The notes below the pieces were generated by a model, which made no database searches, was not told the origin of the DNA, and saw nothing but the letters and a program-made list of their open reading frames with translations. From NCBI GenBank assembly GCA_036172245.1, contig JAYWIR010000040.1:868001-932000 (forward strand): DNA of 64,000 bases, given 5' to 3'. The translations under genes were made by a program, and so were the position numbers. Of the stretch, positions 48,764 to 60,853 are shown one piece after another. The stretch comes from Raillietiella orientalis. Its lineage: Eukaryota. The first letter of the stretch is position 1; each line of letters begins with the position of its first letter.

Positions 48764-51005
48764 GCCAACAACTGACGCTTCCCCGTGAAGTGTGCGCGAT
48801 CACATCTGACGATCATCTCGCGAGTCCATCGAGACTAACGCAATTCGTGATCGTTGGGGAGGTGCCCTCTGGAGCTGCAGTGGAGAATCTCCCGTCTCCG
48901 CCGGTCAGTTCTCTTGCCGAGAGTTTGGGCAGCGCTTACGAAACCTCAAGCCCCCGATGGAGGGCCGCCAGTGCTTTGAAGCAGCATCAACTTCAGCGCT
49001 ACATTGGAGGCTGCGATCTTCACGTCGATAATGAGGACTCCGCACTCCGTGCGAGCCGACTCGCCTTACTTTTTGCTTCGTCACTTTCAGCACCCGGAGA
49101 TGGGAGCTGGAGATGAAACTTCCGCGGATGCTCGAATCCTGATGCCCCCATTTCAGACGATTTCTTTCCAGCCTCACATTTCACGAGGAGCTGCGTGTAT
49201 CTGGGGAAAAACAAAAACAAAAAAGAGAGACTCCACATTTTCCGAGAAATGCTCTCGGACATCTTTGACGACTTGCGCCCCCCCACGGGGAGGAAACGGC
49301 AAGAAGGCTGGAACCACCTGCTCTTAGAGGCACACCTCCTGATCCCCAGAAGTAGGTGCAACCGCCTCCGCCTCCCTGCGGATACGGCGCATACTGAGCC
49401 TATCCCGAATGGGGTGTGCAGCCTCCTGCACCCCCAGTAATGAGGGTGGCTTCACGTTCACTCCTTTGTTCCTCGTTGCACCACCTCCTGATTCGAGGAG
49501 CAGTTCCCTGCTCCTCGAATCAGGAGAATTTTGGCTAAGATCAAAGTGTGATCCCTCCTCTTCTTTTGCGTCTTTTACGGCCTTTTTTGGCAAACGTGTC
49601 GTTCCCCTTCTGTTAAACTGGCGGTCAAGAACGAGGCCTTAGAAGCGAAGGGTGTTTTTCCCTTCCGCTGCTGGCTACTTACTCTCCTCATAAACAATTC
49701 ACAACGGACATCCTCAACTGTCCCTCTCACGGAACAAAAGTCGGACCCACGCTTCAGCACGCTTCCTCTTTTCCTCACCTATATTCCTTCTGTTCTCTCA
49801 CTGAAAACTGTCCTTGCCTTCACAATAGCCGTCCCCTCCTTCTCCATACGGAAGGCACCGATAACGTCTGGTTCGTTGGATTAAACAGGGAGCGACCTGC
49901 AGCTGCTTGGGGCAATGGTCTTAATCGAAGTGAGAATTCAGCAGTCTTCCTCGTGTTCCCTTTCTTTTTCTTTTTTCCCGAGTATTCCAGGAAGAAAAAA
50001 AAAAATGTCCCGGTGTCTTTTCGGGAAGCGCGAGTGACAATGCTATTTTTTGTTTTTTCAGGATTTTCCCCTGTGGGCGCGGACTTAGTAGCCCATGTGA
50101 CTGCACGCATCCCTTATTTGTCGGCTTTTCTTTTTTGTTTTGGGGGGGGGGGGGGAGAGAAAGAGGGAAGAGGACTGCTCCATCGAAGTCTGAGTGACTC
50201 TCGGCTGATCCAGGATCGGACTGTGTCTCGTAGATGCAGAGAAGCTGTCGAGAGACCAGCTGATTCTCCCGGTCGGATGCGAATTGGGGGTGCGAGGATC
50301 CGGCGAAGCCACAAGACGCCACTGCTGGCCCCTGGTGACCTGACGAATTCACCAGCCGCTAGTGCTGGCCCCTGGTTGGAAGGCCGCCTGCGACGATGTC
50401 TGCCTCCGGAGTCCGGCCATCGACAGTTCACGGGTGGCACTCTCCACCTTTTGCGAACGGCGTTCTGTTGTCGAGAAAGGCGTCCAGGGAGCACATTGGT
50501 CAGAGAGCCCCTAAAACCCGATGGGGGCAGTTCACGGGAAAAGGGAATTGCTGCGACGCACATCGTCCTTTCGCTACCAGTGGAGGCCACTTACGCTGGG
50601 GGACGAAGGAAGGCAACCCCACGACCAGCAGAACTGTTTAGTGAGCGATGGTCCATCCTTCTACCACACTCTCGTGCGTGACATCAGTCAATTGAGCCGC
50701 TGCGTACGTCATTGGAGTAGAGAGGGAAATTTGAGATATCTCCTACCCCTGACATGAAACGCAATCACGCGCAAACGATAAAGTTTGGCGAAGAGGATCT
50801 GATCGAAAATGCTTTTGCTTTGGAATCTGCCGCTGTACCTGCTGTGACAAGATGAAGTAATGCTTTCGCCAAATGCGACATCGACGAACCAGGGGTGTTT
50901 GGGGTATTCTATTCAGGCGATGTAAGTGGCGATCCTCCTTCAGGAAGAAAATATTTCTCACAGAAATCAACATCCGGATGCTTTGTTTTTTTTTTTATAT
51001 TACCC

Positions 51006-52064
51006 TTAATGATTAAGACCGACCTGGTGATGGATTTCATGAAATTCACCATCTATATATGAAGCAAACATTCTGCAGGTTTATGGTTGAGGTTACAACA
51101 AAAACTACACTTATCTTGAGACCTTGCATGCTTACGGATGATTTTCGAATCGTGAGACAACTGCAGCACGATAAGAGCTGATGTAACGCGCGTTTGTCAG
51201 TATTTGGTCAATGTTTCTGATTACGAGATTGACCGTGTATTGATTGGTTTCCCCCATATCTCCGCAAGAGATAAAGCACAGAAACATGAGGTATCGTATT
51301 CCAACTGCTTTTTTTTGTGTGTGTGTGCTGCTGTTCCTATAAGAAACGATCTGCCAGACGATTGAGGTTGGCATGATTTTTTTTTTGTCCGTGCTGAAAT
51401 TGTAAGCAGAAATAAAGTAACTGATTTCACACAAATCGGAAATGTTCTTCATGTGTACGTCTAGATATACAAAGAACTCCAATTCTGTAGATAAAGTGAC
51501 TCTAGAGGAAGTTGCGGCAGCAACTGGCTTGGGAAAATTCGCAACCAAAATGAAAAAAGATAATAAAAAATACGTATAAAAGTACACAGTAGTGTGTTCC
51601 CATTTACGCTACTCTACAAACATGGGATGGTATAGTGCACGCATAGCTTTCAGATTGTACATAGTCACAGTCTGCTGACTCATATAGAACTCGTGTTTCA
51701 AAAAGTTTTCAAAACATTTGTTGATCAGCGTTTTCTAGATAGGAGGCCAGAGCTTTGTTCATTCCATGTGTTCGTGAATTTTCTGAAGAACCTGTTGTAT
51801 CAAAACCAACAGCATAGAAAATGTCCCAATTTTTCCCCACCTTTTTGCCTTCTTCCTTTCCTTTCCTCTCCTTCTCTTTCTCGTTTTTCCTTTTTTTTTT
51901 TTTTTCGAAGTATGCAAATACGCTGTTTCATAACATAAAGTGTCGAACGTGGATACTCACGGAGAAGCGCGGTGAAAGTTGGCAGAAGTCATAAAGTACA
52001 GTTTGTGAGCGGCGTACTGTTTTTCTTGTGGGACGATGCCAGGGTCACGGAATTCGTCGGAAGC
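51006..52064 (-). ncRNA. Putative spliced transcript divergent from COASY (lncRNA or small unknown ORF)
   Basis: Chain of consensus splice sites on the minus strand: tctctcag|52064-51961|gtgagt, aatttcag|51393-51136|gtaagc, a 63-nt intron, then ctgcag|51072. The phases join into an open frame ending at TAA 51008-51006, but no homology is recognisable and the middle exon contains A-runs and CA repeats. Confidence 0.3.
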
Positions 52065-52616
52065 CTGAGAGAGTCAAAGGGTGAATGGGACACGTGAATG
52101 CGTATTTCGGATGGTGGCCGTCGAGATTCGTAAATCTGAACCGACTCCAGGAAATTCAGGAAAGTCGGTCTACAAGGATCGAGAGGAATCGATGTGACTG
52201 CATCGTAGATTACCCCGCAGTTTCATCTTCCCCCACGTCCTCTTCCACTTCTTCCACCGAGGAAAATGCGCTCAGCAACAAGTGCGGGGTGACAACGCAG
52301 AAAGGGTATCTCTGTCGTTGTAATTTTTTTTCCTTTAAAAAGAACTTTTTGTCGTTTGATTGTTCGAATTGGTTGGAACTGGATATCTTCAGAAATTCAG
52401 TGTGCTGACGTACGCATGTTGAGGTTTCGAGAGGTTTGAGGTTGTGTAACCCTGCGAGATCAGGTAACATATGTGGCAAATGTGCATCGTAACCCTGTTG
52501 TTGAAAAATGATTTAAATGCTGCTTCTTGTGTATGAGACGAATCACTGTGCTTATTAGCAGTCATTACGTTTCATTAACAGATGTAGTACCGAACTCACC
52601 TATTGTGATTTCAGTT

Positions 52617-55600
52617 ATGGCGTTCCAAAATGGTCTGTTAATCATCGCATCTGATCTGACAAAATTTTCACAAAAGGTTCCTCATATTCTCAGAGATGTT
52701 ACAAAGCATGTCAGAAATGTTCTGTACGTCCAGATACATCCATTGGAACCTTTATGCTCTCAGAGCGATGTTGATTTGAAACGGAATCTTCCAAATTATA
52801 AGCAAATGATTAGTTCTTTATACCTGCATGCCAGTAAATTTTGTCATGCACTGGATGTAAGATTTCTGCTGCACAATTTGAAATCGAGGGAGCGTTACAA
52901 AGTTAGCAATCCTATTGATGTTTGTATTTTTGATAGTGTGTTTGCCAGCAGTGATTTGAGATCATTTACCCAATCTGTTTCAAGTGTGGAAAATGACAAT
53001 CTGCAACTTCCAGAAATTATTACTTTATCAAATGCAGCAGTTGGAATGCTGGAAAACTTATATAGCAACAGTTTTGATGGTCAGGGTCCCAGTCGAGTTT
53101 ATAAAAGTGTAGCAGTTGGTGGTACTTTTGATCGTTTACACAATGGTCACAAATTATTACTAAGCATAGGTTCATTGTGTGCCACAGATATTTTAACGGT
53201 CGGAGTAAGCAATGGAGAAATGCTTTCAAGTGAGTGGCATCGTATTTATAAAAGTTTCTACAAGTTTTTAATGTGATGTATGTCAACGTTTTCCAGGAAA
53301 AAAATTATGTGAATTTATTGCTCCATGTGAAACACGGATTGAAGATGTGAGAAATTTTCTGCATGATACAGATAATACGTTAAAGTACAACATTTTGCCA
53401 CTAACAGATGTTGCTGGTCCAACAGCATTTGATCCAGAGATACAAGTATTGTAGAATGAGCTCTTTTGTTAAGAATAGTAATTCATTTGGCAATGTGTCA
53501 GGCTCTAGTTGTTACTCCAGAGACTTTGAATGGAGGCAAACAAATAAATCAAATCAGAAGACAAAAAAACTTTCCGGAACTGGATCACATCGTAGTGTCT
53601 TTGTTGCCAGATGAATGGAGGCGAAACCCAGTGGAGGAGGAAAAACTTAGTTCTTCTTCTCTGAGAATGAGAATGCTTGGAACACTTCTAAAAAAGCCAG
53701 TGGTAAGTTGGGATTTTGTTTCATCAAAGGGTTCATTGTAGAAAAGGATTTGAATTTTGCTCTTCCATTCTGTATACAAGGTGTTTTGTTTATTTGTAGC
53801 TTCTATTTATAGGTCAGCATTTGTAAGTCTGCTTCCCTGTTTTCGCTCTAAGTGGCATAATTGAGAAATTTAGTGATCTTTAAGCATGAAGGACAATGAA
53901 TTGCGTTCAGTGAAAACAGTTTGTCAGGGTATGTGCCATTATTATTAATTACCATGTATGAGAATGGCATTTTCTCAGAATAAAAGCAGAAATCTAGCAT
54001 TGTGCATTAAAGTTGTGCTCAGTGTATGCTCAGAGTTTTTCCAGTTAATAAATTGAAGGCAGCAGATTCCAGTGAAATGTGCAAGTGTAATGAATTGATA
54101 AGATTGTAGCTCACAGCATTCTGAATAGGAGAGTTCTGACTCTAAGCAAATTGTTTGAATACATGTGCACAGTAGTATACAAAAACTGCTATGAAACACA
54201 AAAGAGATTACTAGCAAACTAAGAAAAGCAATTAATCATGCATTTAGTTTCATGATTTGTAAAACTTGTGATGCAGTTCTTTGGGATATTGGTGAATACA
54301 CTTTCAAATTACTAATTTACTTTTCCATGCTATTTTGGTTTAACTTCAGTGTGGCTTACTTGCAAATTTATATTCCTTCTTTGTCTTATGCTGATCAGTT
54401 AGTTATGTCTCCCCAAAGGCAGTCACTAATTGATGCAGAAATCGTTTACATCTTGTTTCATCATATTCTGACTGTAGTATTCTTCATTGTTGATTGTTTT
54501 GTGAATATGAAAACAGGAAGAAATCACATTGTAGCTTCATGCAAAACCATTTTACAGAACCAAGATTTGTTTTCTAGGCAAAACCTCATCTTGCTCCCAC
54601 TCCTTATGTGATAGGCCTAACTGGAGGCTCCTGCAGTGGTAAATCCACCATTAGCAGATTCATGTACAATCTAGGAGCAGAAGTGATTGACTGTGATAAA
54701 CTTGGACACCAGTGCTATGCTCATGGAAGCAAGTTGTATCATGAAATACTGCAGGAATTCGGCCCCGATGTTCTTTTAGATGGTGAAATAAACAGAGATT
54801 CTTTAAAAACCAAAGTGTTCCAGAATCCGGTAAGATGGTGTTTTCTTTTCATGAAATTACAAATTCATTTGAAGAAACAGGAGGTGTGATTATTGTGGGG
54901 GGGGGGGGGGGGGGGTGGAAATAAAAAGGATAATTTTGTGTTCCTACAAGCAATAAAGTATATACTAGATAAATATTTCGGAATGAGTAGCAAATTAGCT
55001 TTGGGTTCTCCATCTTTACCCATATTCATTGTCCTTGTCGATCAGTTTCAAACATATCGTAATCCATATTTTCCTCGTGTTCAGTCTTACAATTGCAGTG
55101 ACTTGGAGGGATTCTTCTTCCCTTTTTATTTTGCGTTGTTGAAACCCTTGTAATTTTCAGTCGAACATCTGTAATTAAATCCAATTAATGCCAGAATTTA
55201 CGAAAACATGAAACCAAACTTGCAACCCGAGTTTTTTAGGGTTCGAGATAATGACAATGGATTATCATTCAAGTATTTTGTAAAGGTGTATGAGAAAGAA
55301 TTTGTAGTATGTTTATTCAAAGCAACTTTTGCTTTACTGTGTTTGTGTGAGCGTTTTCTTTTGCAAAAACCGAAAGTGTGTTCGATGATGTGTTCCATGG
55401 GGGATGGCATTCAAAAAAAATCCAACCACGGCCTGTGCAAAGGAGGGACCCCTGCTCAGGAAGCAACAGCCGGCATGATTTCGTTGCCTTCCATCCTCAA
55501 ACACCTGAAATGCGAAACATACCCTTCCCTTATCCATTGATTGGGGATGTTGTTTTCGATCATTTACTCGAGGAAGTGTTGTGCACACGCTTGAAACGAC

Positions 55601-58600
55601 ATCAGGGAACTGCTCATGCTTTCCATTCCCGTCTTCAGAAGACACGGGAAGTGCGTGGGTTCGAATGAAAACATGCACTCCGAATTTTCGAAATGTGCAT
55701 CGCAGGACGTGTGCACCTATGTGCACAGGCCGTGCGCAGTTTCAGAAGTGTATTTCTGAAAGGTGAGCACCTAACCGCCTGCATTCCGTGTTCAGGAAGA
55801 ACCCGCGTTCCTGAATACTGCAGCGAGTGTTCGGAACACTTTCACCGGTCGTTCCTGGTAGAACACGAAAAGGTGCTCATAAGGAATGGTAATGTATTCA
55901 TTTATCCGTTCATTACACCTTCGTAGTAACCGTAAGCGTGCCAAAAAAAAAAGAAAAGAAGAAGAAGAAGCTTTTCGCTTTCCCTCGTGCGTCCCCAAGC
56001 AGCGACAGCATCGGGCAGCCGGGCGTAAGTGTTTTGAAAGTGACGGGTTGAAGATGTTCCATAAAGTGTAGAAGATCCTGCACCCGGGATGAGTCCCGAA
56101 TTTCGGATTTTCGCGTTTGGCATTCGCAGTGCGTTCTACGTGGGTCGGTTTCCCATCCGGAGTATTTGTTTTCCCGAAGGGTCACGGGAATGGGAAGTGC
56201 CAGCGGGAGGGTAAACACTTTGCTTACGTCTGCCCAGCAGACGACGATGCGTGGAGGGAGTAGGCGCAGAGTCCGGGTGAAGGTCGCAGCAGATCTGGGG
56301 TGTGCCCTCAGGAAGAAGGATCATCGGAAGATGTCGGGGAAGAAGACAAGGGTCGTGGTTTCCAAGCTCGGAAGCGGGGCAGTGTGAAGGTGGAAAAGGG
56401 GACTGCGCCTGTCTCCGAAAAGCTCGTACTTGTCTCAGTAGGGGCGGTTCCACTTCTTTTTCTTTTCGCAAGTTTCTGTGTCATAGGGACAGTGTGCGTC
56501 GCAAGCGCAGGCTGCAAGTAGAAAGCCGTCCCTTTCATGGGTCAATAAGTACAGCGAGTGAGTAGAGGAAAGAGGATCGAAAGGGAAAGTGTCGACGGCA
56601 CTTTCCCTTCCGATGCTCTCATGAGTCATTTTTCATCCAGTACGGCGAAGGCATGGGATGACGGGGGGATCTTATGTAGGACACACTGCAGGCTCCCTTC
56701 GAGTTGCACAGGTTCCTCCAAGCGGGAGACCTTCTGTGAAGCGAGGCTTCGTGTTTCTCAAGTCCCAAGAAAAGTGTGCTCGGTGCCAAAGAGCGTGGCA
56801 CACGTCAGCTGCCATTTGTGCCTCCGCGGAGTCGCCGAACCGCGCGCGGGCGGTTCGGGTTTCGCAGGAGACGGGCCTTTCTCCTCGCCGTGGTTTCCAA
56901 CGGTCCAGCACCAAGGAAACCACCGGTCGTCGAGCAGAAGGGAGACGTTTCGAGGAGGAGAGGGAGAGTTTTCGTATTTCGAGCTTACGGGAAAGTGGAA
57001 GGAGCTGCAGCGTTTTTTTGTGAGCGAAAGACTGCTTGGCAGCTCGGCGGATGCATACACGCGCCGAGGAAATCCTTTTTTCAGGATAAAAAGAATGGGA
57101 GAATCCTCACCTCATTCCCTTGATCTTCCTTCAATGATGTCAGCAAAGTTTTTTTTTTTTTTCTTAAACAAAAAAAAAAAAACTATGCTACCCGAAAGAC
57201 TGCGGCTCCTCCGTGGTCGAAGTGCACACAAGAAATGAGCTGATTGCGCTGAAATTTGAGGCGTTTCTTCTTTTTTCCGGTAGCAAAGTTGCATCACGCG
57301 GGGGGGGGGAGGGTGCACATTTTTCAACTGTTGCCTGGGAAATAAACCAGAGGTGGCACTGCATCCCAAGTCACCGTATGGAGACTTTAAAGCCCTGTCA
57401 CCGCGTACTCGTGCGGTTCAGTATGAACATACCAATCATCTGCAGTCGTTGTTGTTGTTTTTGCTGCACCCCAACACGCCTCGTTTATGCATTCCCCGTC
57501 TTGCCGCGTTTCTGGAATCTAATTGTATCCTCTTAGCACTGTCAAGGTGAAAGTCCCGGTCTGAGCTGGGCGGGGATTGTGTGAAGGCGATCCTTAGAAG
57601 ACCGGGCGGTAGTTATCCATCCCCGAGTGCTTTGAGCCAGTTGAGGGAATCTCCTCACCGAGGTCTACCTCCTCAGCGCACTTTCGAGCTCCGTTGACGT
57701 GTGTGTTTCCGTGTAGTCACAGAGTGGTCACACCTGTGCCTGATTCGGTCCGTTGCCTCGGTGTGTGCCGAAGCTCGCTGGCGCGATTTTCTCATCAGTC
57801 CTCTGCCATTCGCCCTTGAACATCTTCCCTGCGTCTTCAACTTTGCTTCTTCTCCCTTGCTCTTGCAGGGAGCACAGCGGCCCCCATCCCCGCTGGCGGT
57901 GCTCAAATCGTGTTCTCTGTTCAGACCGGGAAACCTCCGTCCGTTCCAGTTTTCCTCTCTCCTTCTCAAGTGCGGTGGCAGGGTTTATTCGGTAAAAAGT
58001 TTTTTTTTGCGGGTCACGGCCCGTCTCGAGGACCAACAGAACAGCACCCGGACGACAGGGGGTGCTTACTGGAGGTGAAGTTTCGTCAACCCCAGTCCTA
58101 GGATCCACTTTCATGAACTCGCCGATGTGCACTGGGTTCTTTTCTACCTGTGGATTCCTTGGTCTCCGAGTGCACCCTCCTCCTTTCCTGCAGCAGTTAA
58201 CGTCCAGCTTTCGACTTCTGTATCCATTCGCACAGCAGGTGCTTCTAGCCCATCACCTCTTCACTCCTCGAGGGCGTTCGAAGGTTTCACTGCCACTTGC
58301 CCTTCTCCCTCCAACTCCCAAAGTTTTGGCGATCCCAGCAGCGCGATGTGTGGCTCCCCTCGCTGCAGTCCCGGGAGGGGATCGCGTGTCACGAGCGACC
58401 GTTCCGTATCTTTAGGTGCATCGCGGTTGAGCTGGGTGTGTGAAAGGAAGCCCGTAGAGAGAAGGGGAGACCGTTTCGTAGAAGAGATGGGGGAGGGGTG
58501 GGGAGGGGGAACCTCCGTGGAATCAAATCAGAACTGTTGTGCGTCATTTCGTGTTGTCATCGTCCTGCGTTGTGTTTCGTCGACGGCAGCAAGAGAGCGG

Positions 58601-59741
58601 GAGAACGTACGCGCGCGCGCACTCGTGTTCGTTCCGGAAGTTCCTTTTTTGTTCTTTTCATAGACACAAAAGGGGAAGGGGAGTGTGGGGGGAGGGGGGT
58701 AGATTTGCCAAGTACCTCGAAGCCGGAATCGACTTGTCTCCAACATGATTGGACAGAGGTTGGTATTGTGAGCGAAGAAAAGTGCATGAATGTAGAGTGC
58801 TGAAGATCGCGCGGCGCTCCTCCTGACCAGAAGGAGTCTGGGGCTGGGTCCTCGGAGACGGGCCCGAAGTGTGTTCACCGATTACATGTAACGCGGTCCT
58901 TATGCATCTGTTTCTATCGGACGTGCCTTCGCGTAGGTGTGAGAAAGCGGGCGGCTGACCCGAGTCCAGTTGTGGTGCTCTCCTCCCATTGCGAAAGCAA
59001 CACCTTCCAGGGAACAGCAGGGAGCCGAATTTCGGGATTCGCTGCTTGTTGCCCGCGCGACCGAGAGTTGGCGGGCCGAAACTCTATCCTCGCGCTTCTG
59101 CTGCTCTCTAACGAGCCTCCGATAAAGCCTTTTCGTGCGCAGATCACGGCGAGGACGCTCCGTGACCTGCGGTCGCTTCCCCACCCGCAGGTGGAAGCAC
59201 TCGGATTTCGTGTTTGTTTCCGAAACCGCATGCCTCTTGCAATTAGTGACACACGGCCTCTTTGAACTTGACAGGGCAAAGTCCAAAAGCTGAAGGACAT
59301 GACATGGCCCGCTATTCGAAAAATGGTTGAAGATCTGGTACTCCGGATGAGGAGCCAGGGGCAGAGGATCGTGGTCATCGACGCCGCGTTGCTGCTGGAA
59401 GCAAACTGGGACGAATTCTGCCACGAAATCTGGATCTGCATAGTACCCAGGGAAGAGGTAAGCTGCGTTTCCGTGCCGACTGCTCGTCACCGAGAAGAAA
59501 CCTCCACAACTCGCCCTGGGCGTTCCCTCAGGCCCTGAGGCGAATGCAGCGGAGAGACGGCATCAGCCTGCAGATAGCGGAGGGGATCCTCAACGCCCAG
59601 ATGTCCAACCAAGAAAGGGTGTCCCGAGCCAACGTGGTCTTCTGTTCCCTGTGGAACCCGGAGCTCACCGAGCAGCAGGTGGAGCGCGCGTGGTTCGAGC
59701 TGCAGGACAGAGCACAGCAGGCGCAGCAGCTCGCGTCCTAG
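52617..59741 (+). CDS. COASY: Bifunctional coenzyme A synthase (phosphopantetheine adenylyltransferase + dephospho-CoA kinase), 6 coding exons, 535 aa
   Basis: Exons: 52617-53229, 53297-53445, 53502-53702, 54578-54829, 59275-59457, 59532-59741. All introns are GT-AG and in phase; total 1608 nt. N-terminus MAFQNGLLII...LYVQIHP; PPAT motif VAVGGTFDRLHNGHKLLL (HxGH); ALVVTPETLNGG; EEEKLSSSSLRMRMLGTLL; DPCK P-loop YVIGLTGGSCSGKS; VIDCDKLGHQCY; VVIDAALLLEANW; ANVVFCSLW. The ATG is preceded by a tttcag acceptor (AG at 52613-52614), implying an upstream non-coding exon or trans-splicing. Confidence 0.96.
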
Positions 59742-59853
59742 GGAGACGCCGGCTAGCCCGTCTTCGTAGTCTCCTGGCTGCGCCCGGCGCCGCACTTTCA
59801 GTGAATCCCGCCTAGCTGAAACTGAACTCAGGGATCTTCCTAGCATGAGGAGC

Positions 59854-59859
59854 AATAAA
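59854..59859 (+). terminator. AATAAA polyadenylation signal of COASY
   Basis: AATAAA about 110 nt after the TAG stop at 59741. Confidence 0.6.
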
Positions 59860-60539
59860 TTCGCGTAGTCTGTGGAAGCCGTCCCTTTTTTCCCGTCGCG
59901 AGCAGTGGACTTGTCGCTTGCGTCTGCTTTTGTCCCCACCGGGACGTTGGGTTCAGCCGTTCCACCCCCACCCCACCCCTTCCGGATAAAGTGTGGAGGC
60001 TGCTGCCAGGTTGCCGGTCGCCCTCCGCGTCTTCCCCGCCTCGGGAAACGGAATCCAAGCGTGGGCGACCAAGCGCGGCGGCGTTTCCCCGCGCGCTTCC
60101 TCCCCGGCACGGCGCCTGCTTGCCCGGCACTCGAGCGGCGCGACTTTCCCGGAACTCGTGAGCGCCAGCGTGCCCCTCCTGCATGTGGCGGGAGAGAGGG
60201 AGGCCTCGTGTTTCGCCCCATTCGTGCACGTGGCGCACACCACCCAGGGAGATAAAGAGTGCCCCTCCCATGAGGCGCGCTCCTTTGCTGCGACCCCCGG
60301 AAATTCCCGGAGACGGCGGCGGATCGTCGCCACGCCGCTCATGGAGGACCTCTGGTGGAAGGCCAACCCCTTCTCAGCCCAGGTGCCCTTCCCTTGGGAT
60401 GGAATGAGCACCTCCCCCACCACCCCTTCGTTCCTTCGTCGTTCCCGGTGCCGATTCGAAATCCCGAAGGATCGGAATCCGGAAAATGGAATTCATCGTC
60501 ATCTACTGAGAAAGCCTCATTTATTGAACGAGCACAAAT

Positions 60540-60850
60540 AAGCACATATGTATTCATTATTCTTATGGGTAATAAGTTTTTAAGAATGAAACTTATCAAA
60601 GGAAAGTGAAATACAAAATTTCCTTTTTGCTTTATTTTCCTCCGCCGTTTTTTTTATTGCCGCCATTGTTGTTTACTTTTTATATAATTCAATATTTATC
60701 TATTCGTTTGATGCACATTTATCATATATATAAATGCATATTAATGTATATAATAAACATATATTTAGCTTTCGTAATCCTTAAGATATACATTAATAAT
60801 ATATTAATACTCATTAATTATAGATCACAAATATAAATGTCAATAAATAC
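60540..60850. repeat. Extremely AT-rich low-complexity block abutting the left end of piggyBac copy 1
   Basis: Sequence is almost entirely A/T with TATA/ATAT runs, and its boundary with GC-rich DNA near 60500 is sharp. Confidence 0.7.
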
Positions 60851-60853
60851 TGA

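Noticed and set aside
41819..50681. Long ORFs at 41819-43036, 44051-45436, 44848-46257 and 47542-48816
   Set aside because: No recognisable domains, mutually overlapping on both strands, and no supporting splice chain.
52527..52616. N-terminal extension of COASY given by the ORF track
   Set aside because: It lies upstream of a tttcag acceptor; family-like sequence begins at the ATG at 52617.
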